Below are positions 27,044-35,002 of a DNA stretch of 64,000 nt, piece by piece; positions within the stretch are counted from its first letter, which is position 1; the number at the start of each line of letters is the position of its first letter. Source of the stretch: Gemmatimonadales bacterium (lineage in GTDB: Bacteria; Gemmatimonadota; Gemmatimonadetes; Gemmatimonadales; GWC2-71-9); NCBI GenBank assembly GCA_036556625.1, contig DATBJC010000020.1, positions 14,587 to 78,586 of the forward strand. The letters are read 5' to 3'. Both the position numbers and the translations under genes were made by a program. Below the pieces are notes generated by a model. The model did no database searches. It was given only the letters and a program-made list of their open reading frames with translations, and was not told where the DNA came from.

Positions 27044-28957
27044 TCATTGTTCGTGATGTCCGCCTGTCGGGATTCCTGCTACCCGCGACGCGTGGTCCAG
27101 TATCATGACCTGGTGCGGCTCCGACGACCGGCTGAACGGCAGCGCCCGGTCCACCCCCATCGCGACGAAGAGCAATGCCAGATAGAGCAGCGAGTACCGG
27201 TACATCCCCCAGGCCGCCGGGGTGACGGCCCGCTCCCGGACCACCCGCAGGCAGTACCAGAGCAGCCGGCCGCCGAGCAGAACGGCCGCGACGCCGTAGA
27301 ACGGGCCCAGCGCACCGAAGAAGGAAGGCAGCACCGTGAGCGGCAGCAGGATCAGGGTGTACACCAGCATCTCGTACTTGGTCCGCGCCTCGCCCCGGAC
27401 CACCGGCATCATCGGGACCCCGGCCCGCGCGTAGTCGGCCTGCTTGATAAGCGCCAGGGCCCAGAAGTGCGGCGGGGTCCAGTAGAAGATGATGGCGAAC
27501 AGGTACACCGCGGCCAGGTCCAGCCCGCCGGTCACCGCGGCCCAGCCCACCAGCGGCGGGAAGGCACCGGCGGCCCCGCCGATCACGATGTTCTGCGGGC
27601 TCGACCGCTTGAGCCAGATGGTGTACACGAAGACGTAAAAGAGCAGGCCGCCCAGCGCCAGCCAGGCGCTCAGCGGATTGACCTGATACCAGAAGACGGC
27701 AAAGGCGAGCACCGCCAAGGCGAGCCCGAATCCCAGGCCGAACGCGGGCGTGATGCGGCCGGAGGGAATCGGCCGCAGCCTGGTCCGGGTCATCCGGAGG
27801 TCGATGTCCCGGTCGAACCACATGTTGATGGCGTTGGCCCCGCCGGCCATCAGGTACCCGCCGAGCACCACCCACAAGACCAGGGACGGAGAGGGAAGGC
27901 CTTCGGGCGTGATGAACATCGGTGCCACGGTGGTGATCAGCAGCAGCGCGATGATCCGCGGCTTGGTGAGCGCGAGCAAGTCGGCGGCCAGCGACGGCTC
28001 GTTGTCATCCCTCGCGTTCGCTCGGGATGACAGTGCGCGCGGTGTCCGCCCCGAGTAGAAGGTGAGAGCCACCAGGGCCGCCCAGATCACCGCACCGACC
28101 AGGAGGTGCAGCGCGCGCAGACCAGTCGGCAGGAGATGGAGGATCATCCCCGCGGCCACTCCGACCTGCACCAGCGTCGCCCCCAGCACCATCAGCATCC
28201 ATAGCTGGAACGACCGCCGGACCGCCGGACCGCCGGACCGCCGGACCGTGGTCCTGGCCACCAGCACCACGGTCAGCGCCAGGAACGCCAGAGCCAGGAC
28301 CCGATGCGCCCAATGCAGCCGGGCCAGCTCGCCTGCGGGCGGCAGCGCACTCCCATTGCACAGGGGGAAGCCGAGGCAGAGCAGTCCCGCGTCGAAGTTG
28401 GCCACCTGGGCGCCGAACAGGATCACCACGAATCCCAGGCCGCTCGTCGCCAGTACCAGCCAGTGCCCTGGATGCCGCTGGGCGCGGGGGAGCGGCAGAC
28501 CGCTCTCCGCGCCGGCGCGGAGCGCCGTCACCAGGAGCGCCGCCAGCAGGACCATGGCGTTGGCGAAGTGGGTGATGACGACCCAGGGAGGGAGGACCAG
28601 CTTCACGGTCACCGCACCGAGCAGGACCTGGGTCACCAGAAGCCCGGCAGCCAGCAGTGCGGGATTCCGAAGCGACGGCTCGCCGCGGTGCCACTTGAGG
28701 GCCACCCCGGCGGTTGCCAGGACCAGCAGGCTCACCACGGCGGCCGCCCAGCGGTGGCTGATCTCGATCAGGGTCGGCAGGTCGAGCGGGGGGAACCACT
28801 CACCGTTGCAGCGGGGCCAGTGTTCTCCGCATCCCATGCCGGATCCCGTGATCCGAACGATACCGCCGAGTACAATCAGGCCGAGGGCAAAGCCACTGCC
28901 GGCCCACGCCAGCCGCCGGAGCAATTGTCTCCGGTCCGGCTCGCTCGATATAGTCAA
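27044..28957 (-). CDS. Fused heme A synthase (CtaA/COX15) and protoheme IX farnesyltransferase (CtaB/CyoE) reading frame
   Basis: The N-terminal half is 'GGIVRITGSGMGCGEHWPRCNG' (CtaA). The C-terminal half is 'LTKPRIIALLLITT...MTRTRLRPIPSGRI' (UbiA-type heme O synthase). It is one uninterrupted 637-aa frame. A TTG at about 27974 could alternatively start a separate ctaB. Confidence 0.85.
   Translation of the reverse strand: MTISSEPDRRQLLRRLAWAGSGFALGLIVLGGIVRITGSGMGCGEHWPRCNGEWFPPLDLPTLIEISHRWAAAVVSLLVLATAGVALKWHRGEPSLRNPALLAAGLLVTQVLLGAVTVKLVLPPWVVITHFANAMVLLAALLVTALRAGAESGLPLPRAQRHPGHWLVLATSGLGFVVILFGAQVANFDAGLLCLGFPLCNGSALPPAGELARLHWAHRVLALAFLALTVVLVARTTVRRSGGPAVRRSFQLWMLMVLGATLVQVGVAAGMILHLLPTGLRALHLLVGAVIWAALVALTFYSGRTPRALSSRANARDDNEPSLAADLLALTKPRIIALLLITTVAPMFITPEGLPSPSLVLWVVLGGYLMAGGANAINMWFDRDIDLRMTRTRLRPIPSGRITPAFGLGFGLALAVLAFAVFWYQVNPLSAWLALGGLLFYVFVYTIWLKRSSPQNIVIGGAAGAFPPLVGWAAVTGGLDLAAVYLFAIIFYWTPPHFWALALIKQADYARAGVPMMPVVRGEARTKYEMLVYTLILLPLTVLPSFFGALGPFYGVAAVLLGGRLLWYCLRVVRERAVTPAAWGMYRYSLLYLALLFVAMGVDRALPFSRSSEPHQVMILDHASRVAGIPTGGHHEQ
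28003..28032. repeat. REP-like palindrome copy inside the ctaA-ctaB linker
   Basis: TGTCATCCC-N12-GGGATGACA. The reverse complement is near-identical to the 2467-2491 unit and shares its core with 52990-53005. Confidence 0.55.
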
Positions 28958-29010
28958 GGAAACACTGCCCCCGCAGGTTCAGGCCGGAAAGAACGGGGCG
29001 CGGCAGGCCC

Positions 29011-30393
29011 TTGTCAAGGTTACATTTAGCCATGCAATCGCCATCGGCGGATGCCTGGGGTGAACGGCTTCCCCGGCACCTGGGACTCTGGAGCGCCATC
29101 GCGGTTCTGGTCGGGTCCACCATCGGCAGCGGCATCTTCCGGGTGCCCGCCAGCGTCGCGGAACGGCTCCAGGAACCAGGACCGGTCATGGTGGCCTGGG
29201 TGGCCGGCGGGGTCATTGCCCTCTTCGGGGCCCTGACCCTGGCCGAACTGGCGGCCGCGCTTCCCCGCTCGGGGGGCGTCTTCGCCTACCTGCTCGAGGG
29301 CTTCGGCCCGCTGCCCGCCTTCCTCTTCGGTTGGTCCGAGCTGACGGTGATCCGGGCCTCCGCGCTGGGCGCCATCGCCACCATCTTCGCCGAGTATCTC
29401 GGCTACTTCCTCTCGTTCACACCGGCGCAGGTCCGCTACGTCGCCGCGGTCGCCATCGTGGTGATGGGCTTCCTCAACTACGTCGGGGTCAAGAGCGCCG
29501 CCCGGTTCATGAACCTGATCACCGCGCTCAAGTTCGGCTCGCTGGCGGGACTGGCGTTGCTCGGCTTCGCCGCCGGCGAGGGCAGCTGGGGCCACTTCTC
29601 ACCCGCCGTATCGGCCGGTTTCCAGCTCTCGCTCATGGCGACAGCGCTCATCGCCATCATGTGGACCTACGACGGCTGGGCCGACCTGTCGTTCATGGGC
29701 GGCGAGGTGAAGGACCCCGGCCGCACGCTGCCCCTCGCACTGATCCTGGGGACCTCCGCCATCGTCGTGGTCTACCTGCTGCTCAACCTGGCCTACATCT
29801 ATCTGGTGCCCCTGCCGGCGATGGCCGCGTCTCCCCTGATCGCCGCGACGGCGGCTGAGCGGATCACCCTGTTCGGCGCCGCGGGTGCCGCGGTGGTCTC
29901 CGGTGTGGTCATGGTCTCCTGCCTGGGCGCGCTGACCGGGTCCATGATGACCGGGCCGAGAATCTTTTTCGCCATGGCCGACCGGGGACTCTTCTTCCGC
30001 GCCATCGCCCGGGTGTCGCCCCGCTACCAGAGCCCGTCCACCGCCATCTGGCTGGCGACGGCGCTGGGCGTGGTCTACGTCCTGCTGAACGACTTCCAGC
30101 AGCTGGCCGACAAGTTCATTCTGGGGATCTGGCCCTTCTACGCCCTGGCGGTGGCGGCGGTGTTCGTCCTTCGCCGCACTCGCCCGGACCTGCCGCGGCC
30201 CTACCGGACCTGGGGCTACCCGATAGTGCCGGCGCTGTTCCTGCTGGCGTCGCTGGGGATGGTGGTGAACGCGCTGGTGACGGATCCGCTGAATACGGGG
30301 ATCACGTTCGGCATCATCCTGGCTGGGGTACCGGTGTACTACTTGTGGCGGGCGGTTGCCGGGGGGAAGGTTGCGGTCGAGGAAGTCGGGTAG
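29011..30393 (+). CDS. APC-superfamily amino acid permease
   Basis: It has about 12 TM segments and the N-terminal 'GLWSAIAVLVGSTIGSGIF' signature of amino-acid/polyamine permeases. An alternative start lies at 29032. Confidence 0.85.
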   Translation: MSRLHLAMQSPSADAWGERLPRHLGLWSAIAVLVGSTIGSGIFRVPASVAERLQEPGPVMVAWVAGGVIALFGALTLAELAAALPRSGGVFAYLLEGFGPLPAFLFGWSELTVIRASALGAIATIFAEYLGYFLSFTPAQVRYVAAVAIVVMGFLNYVGVKSAARFMNLITALKFGSLAGLALLGFAAGEGSWGHFSPAVSAGFQLSLMATALIAIMWTYDGWADLSFMGGEVKDPGRTLPLALILGTSAIVVVYLLLNLAYIYLVPLPAMAASPLIAATAAERITLFGAAGAAVVSGVVMVSCLGALTGSMMTGPRIFFAMADRGLFFRAIARVSPRYQSPSTAIWLATALGVVYVLLNDFQQLADKFILGIWPFYALAVAAVFVLRRTRPDLPRPYRTWGYPIVPALFLLASLGMVVNALVTDPLNTGITFGIILAGVPVYYLWRAVAGGKVAVEEVG

Positions 30394-30396
30394 ACG

Positions 30397-30439
30397 GCGG
30401 GACGGCGGGATCGCCGTCCCGCCGATCCCGCCGTCCCGC
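30397..30439. terminator. Hairpin with tandem-repeat arms between convergent permease and nadC
   Basis: GCGGGACGGCGGGATC (30397-30412) and GATCCCGCCGTCCCGC (30424-30439) form a perfect 16-bp stem with an 11-nt loop. Confidence 0.5.
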
Positions 30440-30448
30440 TGTCCCGCG

Positions 30449-31306
30449 TCACCCCCTCCCACTCGCTGCTGGAACCACGATCTCTATCCCGAGATCCGCC
30501 GCCACGACGCTGTGGGTCAGCGCGCCGATCGAGACGTAGTCCGCCCCTGCCTCCGCGTACGCCCGGACATTGCCGAGCGTGATCCCACCGGTGGCTTCGA
30601 TCTCGATGTCCCGCGTGAGCTCTCTCGCGCGTGACACCCATTGGCGAACCGTCTCCGGTGACTGGTTGTCCACCAGCAGCCGTGTGGCCCCCGCGGCACA
30701 GGCCTCCTCCAGCTGGTCCATCGATTCCACCTCGACCTGAAGCGAGGTGATTCCCTTGGCCCGCGCATCGGCCAGCGCGACGGCGAGGCTGCTGTGGCTC
30801 AGCCGCAGCCCCTGCCAGTGATTGTCTTTCACCATCACTTCGTGACTCAGGTCGAGACGATGTCGCGCGCCGCCGCCGGAGAGGACCGCCGCCACGTCGA
30901 GCGCGCGGAGTCCCGGTGCGGTCTTTCGGGTGTGGAGGATCCTGCAGGATGTGCCGGCCATCGCCTGCACGTACGACCGGGTGGCGGTCGCGATGCCGCA
31001 GGCGCGTTGCAGCAGGTTCAGCATCGGGCGCTCGGCCCGGAGGATGCGACGCAACGGGCCGAGAACCGCGCCGATCACCGATCCGGCGGGCACCACCCGG
31101 CCATCCGGCACCCGCCACTCGATCCGGCACTCGCACCCGCGGGCGACCGCATCGGCGAATGCCGCCCCCGCTACGACACCGCCACTCCGGTATTCCAACC
31201 GGCCCTGCCCGTCGAGCCCGGCGGGCACCGTGAGACCGCTGGTGACGTCGGTCTCGCCATCCTCCGCGAGCGCGACGGCGGCAATGCGCTCGGCGTCCGG
31301 CTTCAC
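30449..31306 (-). CDS. nadC: Nicotinate-nucleotide diphosphorylase (quinolinate phosphoribosyltransferase)
   Basis: 'ERPMLNLLQRACGIAT', 'ILHTRKTAPGLR' and 'VMVKDNH' are conserved NadC blocks. The GTG start at 31306 forms a GTGA overlap with nadA. The long upstream track extension is spurious. Confidence 0.9.
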   Translation of the reverse strand: MKPDAERIAAVALAEDGETDVTSGLTVPAGLDGQGRLEYRSGGVVAGAAFADAVARGCECRIEWRVPDGRVVPAGSVIGAVLGPLRRILRAERPMLNLLQRACGIATATRSYVQAMAGTSCRILHTRKTAPGLRALDVAAVLSGGGARHRLDLSHEVMVKDNHWQGLRLSHSSLAVALADARAKGITSLQVEVESMDQLEEACAAGATRLLVDNQSPETVRQWVSRARELTRDIEIEATGGITLGNVRAYAEAGADYVSIGALTHSVVAADLGIEIVVPAASGRG

Positions 31307-32358
31307 CGGCCCAGCGCCACCATCCGGTCGATGGCCCCTCTGGCGCGCGCCGCGATGTCGGGCGGGACCGTCACATGATAGCGGTCCAGCAGCAGGGAGT
31401 CGCGCACGCCGCTGATGGTGATCGCTTTCATGTAGGCGCACACCGCCTCGGGATCGGCGGCCACGAACTGCTTGGCGGGCGCCATCTGCCGCATCCGATG
31501 CATGATCCCGGTCTCGGTGGCGACGATGAACTCCGGAGCCGGATTCTCGGTCGCCGCCCGGATCATTCCCTCGGTCGAGGTGATATGGAGGCCCCTGGGA
31601 TCCACCTCGCCCAGACCCATCTCGTAGATCAGCTGGCCGGCACAGCCGCACTCGGGATGCACCAGCACGTCCGCGTCCGGATGGCTGGCGCGCGCGGCGT
31701 TGAGGGTCTCGGCCCGGATGCCGCGGTGGACGTGACACTCTCCCATCCAGACCTCGATCCGCCGGTCGGGGCGCATCCGCCGCGCGTGCGAGCCGAGGAA
31801 AAAGTCGGGGAGAAAGAGGATGCCCTGGTCGGCGGGAATGGCGTCGATCACGTCGAGCACGTTGCCGCTGGTGCAGCAGTAATCCAGCTCGGCCTTGACC
31901 TCCGCGGTGGTGTTGACATAGCCGACCGCGACGTAGCCGGGAAACTGCGCCTTCCAGCGGCGGACCTCCTCCGCGGTGATGGTGGCCGCCAGCGAGCAGC
32001 CGGCCCGGAGATCCGGGAGCAGCACCCGCTTGTCGGGCGAGAGGATCGCCGCGGTCTCCGCCATGAAGTGCACGCCCGCGAAGACGATCACGCCGGCGGG
32101 CGTCTTGGCCGCCTGGCGGGACAGGCCGAGGGAGTCCCCGACGTAGTCGGCCACGTCCTGGACTTCCGGGCGCTGGTAGTTGTGGGCCAGGACCACCGCG
32201 TCACGCCTGCGAGCCAGCTGTCGGATCTCGCGCTGGAGCGCGGCGATCTCCTCCCGCGTCTCGGTGGTCGGCTCGATGACCGGCAGCTCGAGCGTCCTGG
32301 GTGGTGGAAGAGCCTGCCCCGAGCTTGTCGAGGGGTCGGGAGGAGTCCGAAGGATCAC
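31303..32358 (-). CDS. nadA: Quinolinate synthase
   Basis: 'AVVLAHNYQRPEVQDVADYVGDSL', 'GVHFMAETA' and the three Cys-containing segments (RAGCSLA, ECHVH, HPECGC) are typical NadA. The only upstream start is GTG at 32358, in a GTGA overlap with nadB. Confidence 0.88.
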   Translation of the reverse strand: MILRTPPDPSTSSGQALPPPRTLELPVIEPTTETREEIAALQREIRQLARRRDAVVLAHNYQRPEVQDVADYVGDSLGLSRQAAKTPAGVIVFAGVHFMAETAAILSPDKRVLLPDLRAGCSLAATITAEEVRRWKAQFPGYVAVGYVNTTAEVKAELDYCCTSGNVLDVIDAIPADQGILFLPDFFLGSHARRMRPDRRIEVWMGECHVHRGIRAETLNAARASHPDADVLVHPECGCAGQLIYEMGLGEVDPRGLHITSTEGMIRAATENPAPEFIVATETGIMHRMRQMAPAKQFVAADPEAVCAYMKAITISGVRDSLLLDRYHVTVPPDIAARARGAIDRMVALGR

Positions 32359-33887
32359 GCGGTCTCCCGGCGGAGCGTCGCGGGCGGGTAGTCGAGCCGG
32401 CGGTGGCCGCCTCGGCTCTCCCGCCGCCGCCGGGCGGCCTGGGTGATGAGTGTGGCGACCAGCAGCTGGTTGTGGGTGCGCCAGGCGGCGGCGGGGGTCT
32501 CCCTGGTCAGCCGCGCCAGCTCCTGCTCGGCGTGGAGCAACGAGGCTTCGGTTCGCTGGACTCCGACGTTGGTCGTCATGAGCTCGCGCATGGCGCGGCG
32601 GATTTCCCCGCATTCCGCGTCCGCGCCGGTCTCCTGTTGGAGCGGCCCATGGGGAAGCTGCGCGGTGCTCTCTACCGGCGGTCCCTCGGTCCAGCGGTCC
32701 GGCGGTCCGGCGGTCGTCCCGTCCGCCAAGGCATGCCCGGCCCGATCGGCGAACACCAGACCCTCGAGCAGGGAGTTCGAGGCCAGCCGGTTGGCGCCGT
32801 GCACTCCGGTGGAAGCGACTTCTCCCACGGCCCAGAGTCCGGGCAGCGTGGCGCGCCCCTCGAGGTCGGTGCGCACGCCGCCCATGGCGTAGTGCAGGGC
32901 CGGCGCCACCGGCAGCACGTCGCGCGACGGGTCGAGGCCGTGGCGCGCCAGGATCGCGGTGATGCCCGGGAACCGGCTCGAGAAGTCCTCGATCTCCCGC
33001 GCATCCAGCCAGGCTCCGCCGTCGGTGTCGGCCAGGGCGACGGCGCGGGCCAGCACGTCTCTCGGGGCGAGCTCGCCCCGGGGGTCGGCGTCCAGCGCGA
33101 ACCGGGTCCCATCGCGGTCGATCAGGGTCGCGCCGGCGCCGCGAACCGCCTCGGAGATCAGCGGCGCGGGATTGACGCCCGGCAACTTGAGTGCGGTGGG
33201 ATGGAACTGGAGGAACTCGATGTCCCGAAGCTGTGCCCCGGCGCGATGGGCCAGCGCCCAACCGTCCGCGGTGGCGACCTTGGGATTGGTGGTGATGGCA
33301 TAGAGCTGTCCCACGCCGCCGGTGGCGAGAACCACCGCCGTCGCCGGGATGGTCCGGCTCTGGTTCCCCCCGGTGAGCACCGCCACGCCGACGACCCGAC
33401 CCTCCGACGTGAGGATGGCGGTGACCTCGGTGTGCTCCATCAACTCGACCAGGGGATGCGAGCGCACCACCTGCGCCAGGCAGCCGATCAGCGCGGCGCC
33501 GGTCCGGTCACCCCCGGCGTGGATGATCCGAGGCCGGGTGTGCGCCGCCTCCAGCCCGAACCGGAGCTTGCCGTCGGGTCCCCGGTCGAACCGGGCGCCC
33601 AGCGCCAGAAGCTCGTAAATCCTTCCAGGGCCTTCACTTGTAAGGATGCGAACGGCTTCGGGATCGGCCAGGCCGTCGCTGGCGGCCATGGTGTCGGCGG
33701 CGTGCTGGCTGGGACTGTCTCCCGGTCCGAGGGCGACGGCGATCCCTCCCTGGGCCCAGGCGCTGGCGCTGTCGGCCAGCGTTTCCTTCGTGAGGACGAC
33801 AGCCCTCTGGCCTTCGGAAGCAAGCCTCCACGCGGTCCACAGGCCGGCGATGCCCGTACCGACGATGACGGGGCGGGAGGAGGTCAT
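32355..33887 (-). CDS. nadB: L-aspartate oxidase
   Basis: 'PVIVGTGIAGLWTA...SAWAQGGIA' forms the FAD fold. 'HYAMGGV' and 'LASNSLLEG' blocks are also present. The ATG is at 33885-33887. Confidence 0.9.
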   Translation of the reverse strand: MTSSRPVIVGTGIAGLWTAWRLASEGQRAVVLTKETLADSASAWAQGGIAVALGPGDSPSQHAADTMAASDGLADPEAVRILTSEGPGRIYELLALGARFDRGPDGKLRFGLEAAHTRPRIIHAGGDRTGAALIGCLAQVVRSHPLVELMEHTEVTAILTSEGRVVGVAVLTGGNQSRTIPATAVVLATGGVGQLYAITTNPKVATADGWALAHRAGAQLRDIEFLQFHPTALKLPGVNPAPLISEAVRGAGATLIDRDGTRFALDADPRGELAPRDVLARAVALADTDGGAWLDAREIEDFSSRFPGITAILARHGLDPSRDVLPVAPALHYAMGGVRTDLEGRATLPGLWAVGEVASTGVHGANRLASNSLLEGLVFADRAGHALADGTTAGPPDRWTEGPPVESTAQLPHGPLQQETGADAECGEIRRAMRELMTTNVGVQRTEASLLHAEQELARLTRETPAAAWRTHNQLLVATLITQAARRRRESRGGHRRLDYPPATLRRETA

Positions 33888-33916
33888 AGCAGGGAAATAT
33901 ACGGCGGACCGCCTCC

Positions 33917-35002
33917 CTACGTCCTCACCCTGATCAACAGCACCACTCCAGCAATCGCGAACACGATGTTGGGGATCCACGCCGCCAGGTCGGGATTGAC
34001 GACCCCGCCTGCTCCCACCGCCTTCATGATCTGGGTGAGCAGCAGGAAGATCACTGTAGTGCCGAGGCTGATGGCGATGCCGACCGCGGCCCCGGCGCGC
34101 GGGGAGGTGACTGCGAGCGGTGCCCCGAAGAGTGCGATGATGAAGCAGGTGACCGGGATCGCCACCTTGAGCGTGCGCTCGACCATCAGCTTGTTGGCGT
34201 CGTTGCCCGAGCGCTTCAGCGCGTCGACGTAGCGGCCCAGCTCGGCGTAGCGCATCTCGTCCGGCGCCTTCGATTCGGCCAGCAGGTCGGCGGGCGACTG
34301 GGTCAGCGCGCGAAGGCGCATGCTCCTGAACGAGAACATCGCCTGCCGTCCGGGGCCGGCGATGACCCGGCTGGCCCCGTTTCGCACCCGCCAGGAGCTG
34401 AGGGAATCGTCCCAGCTGGCGCTGTCGGCGGTGATCACCAGGTCCGGGTAGTCGAGCCCGGTCCCCTGGCGCTCGAACATCAGATGCTTCAGCTGCCGGT
34501 TGGCCACGTCGAGGGAGCGGATGGTGTACACCCAGCCCACGTCACCCCGGTACACGAAGTTGTAGCGAGTCCTGGTGGGCCGCGCCGCCTTGGCCTTCTG
34601 CAGCTCGAGCTGCTTGGCGGTGGCGCCGGGCGCGAGCTCCCCGACCACGAACGCCAGCCCCGACGCGGCCGCCGCGGCCACGAACAGCGGCAGCATCAGC
34701 CGGTGGAAGCTCTGGCCTCCAGCCTTGGCCGCCGTCAGCTCGGAGTGACGGCCCATGGCCCCTACGGTGAACACGGTGGCGAAGAGCACCGCCGCCGGCA
34801 TCACCAGGAACATGTTCTCCGGGACCGAGTAGACGTAGCTCCACGCGATCTCCCGGGTGGTGAGCCCGCGGTCGAGCAGCCGGTTCAGGGTATCGGTCAG
34901 ATTGATCAGGATGGATACGATCGGAAACCCGAGCGCGGTCAGGACGAAGATCCGGATCCAGCTCCCCAGAACGTAGCGGTCCAACGTGCTCATCGCCTTC
35001 AT
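33917..35002 (-). CDS. lptG: LptF/LptG-family LPS export permease
   Basis: YjgP/YjgQ architecture, with the N-terminal 'LDRYVLGSWIRIFVLTALGF', a periplasmic beta-jellyroll and C-terminal TM helices. There is an ATGA overlap with the upstream paralogue. Confidence 0.78.
   Translation of the reverse strand: MKAMSTLDRYVLGSWIRIFVLTALGFPIVSILINLTDTLNRLLDRGLTTREIAWSYVYSVPENMFLVMPAAVLFATVFTVGAMGRHSELTAAKAGGQSFHRLMLPLFVAAAAASGLAFVVGELAPGATAKQLELQKAKAARPTRTRYNFVYRGDVGWVYTIRSLDVANRQLKHLMFERQGTGLDYPDLVITADSASWDDSLSSWRVRNGASRVIAGPGRQAMFSFRSMRLRALTQSPADLLAESKAPDEMRYAELGRYVDALKRSGNDANKLMVERTLKVAIPVTCFIIALFGAPLAVTSPRAGAAVGIAISLGTTVIFLLLTQIMKAVGAGGVVNPDLAAWIPNIVFAIAGVVLLIRVRT

Noticed and set aside
30449-33261. 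N-terminal extensions of the nadC (429 aa) and nadA (652 aa) track ORFs.
   Set aside because: Family-conserved sequence begins at GTG 31306 (nadC) and GTG 32358 (nadA), each forming a GTGA overlap with the upstream stop. The extensions are low-complexity and overlap nadA and nadB respectively.
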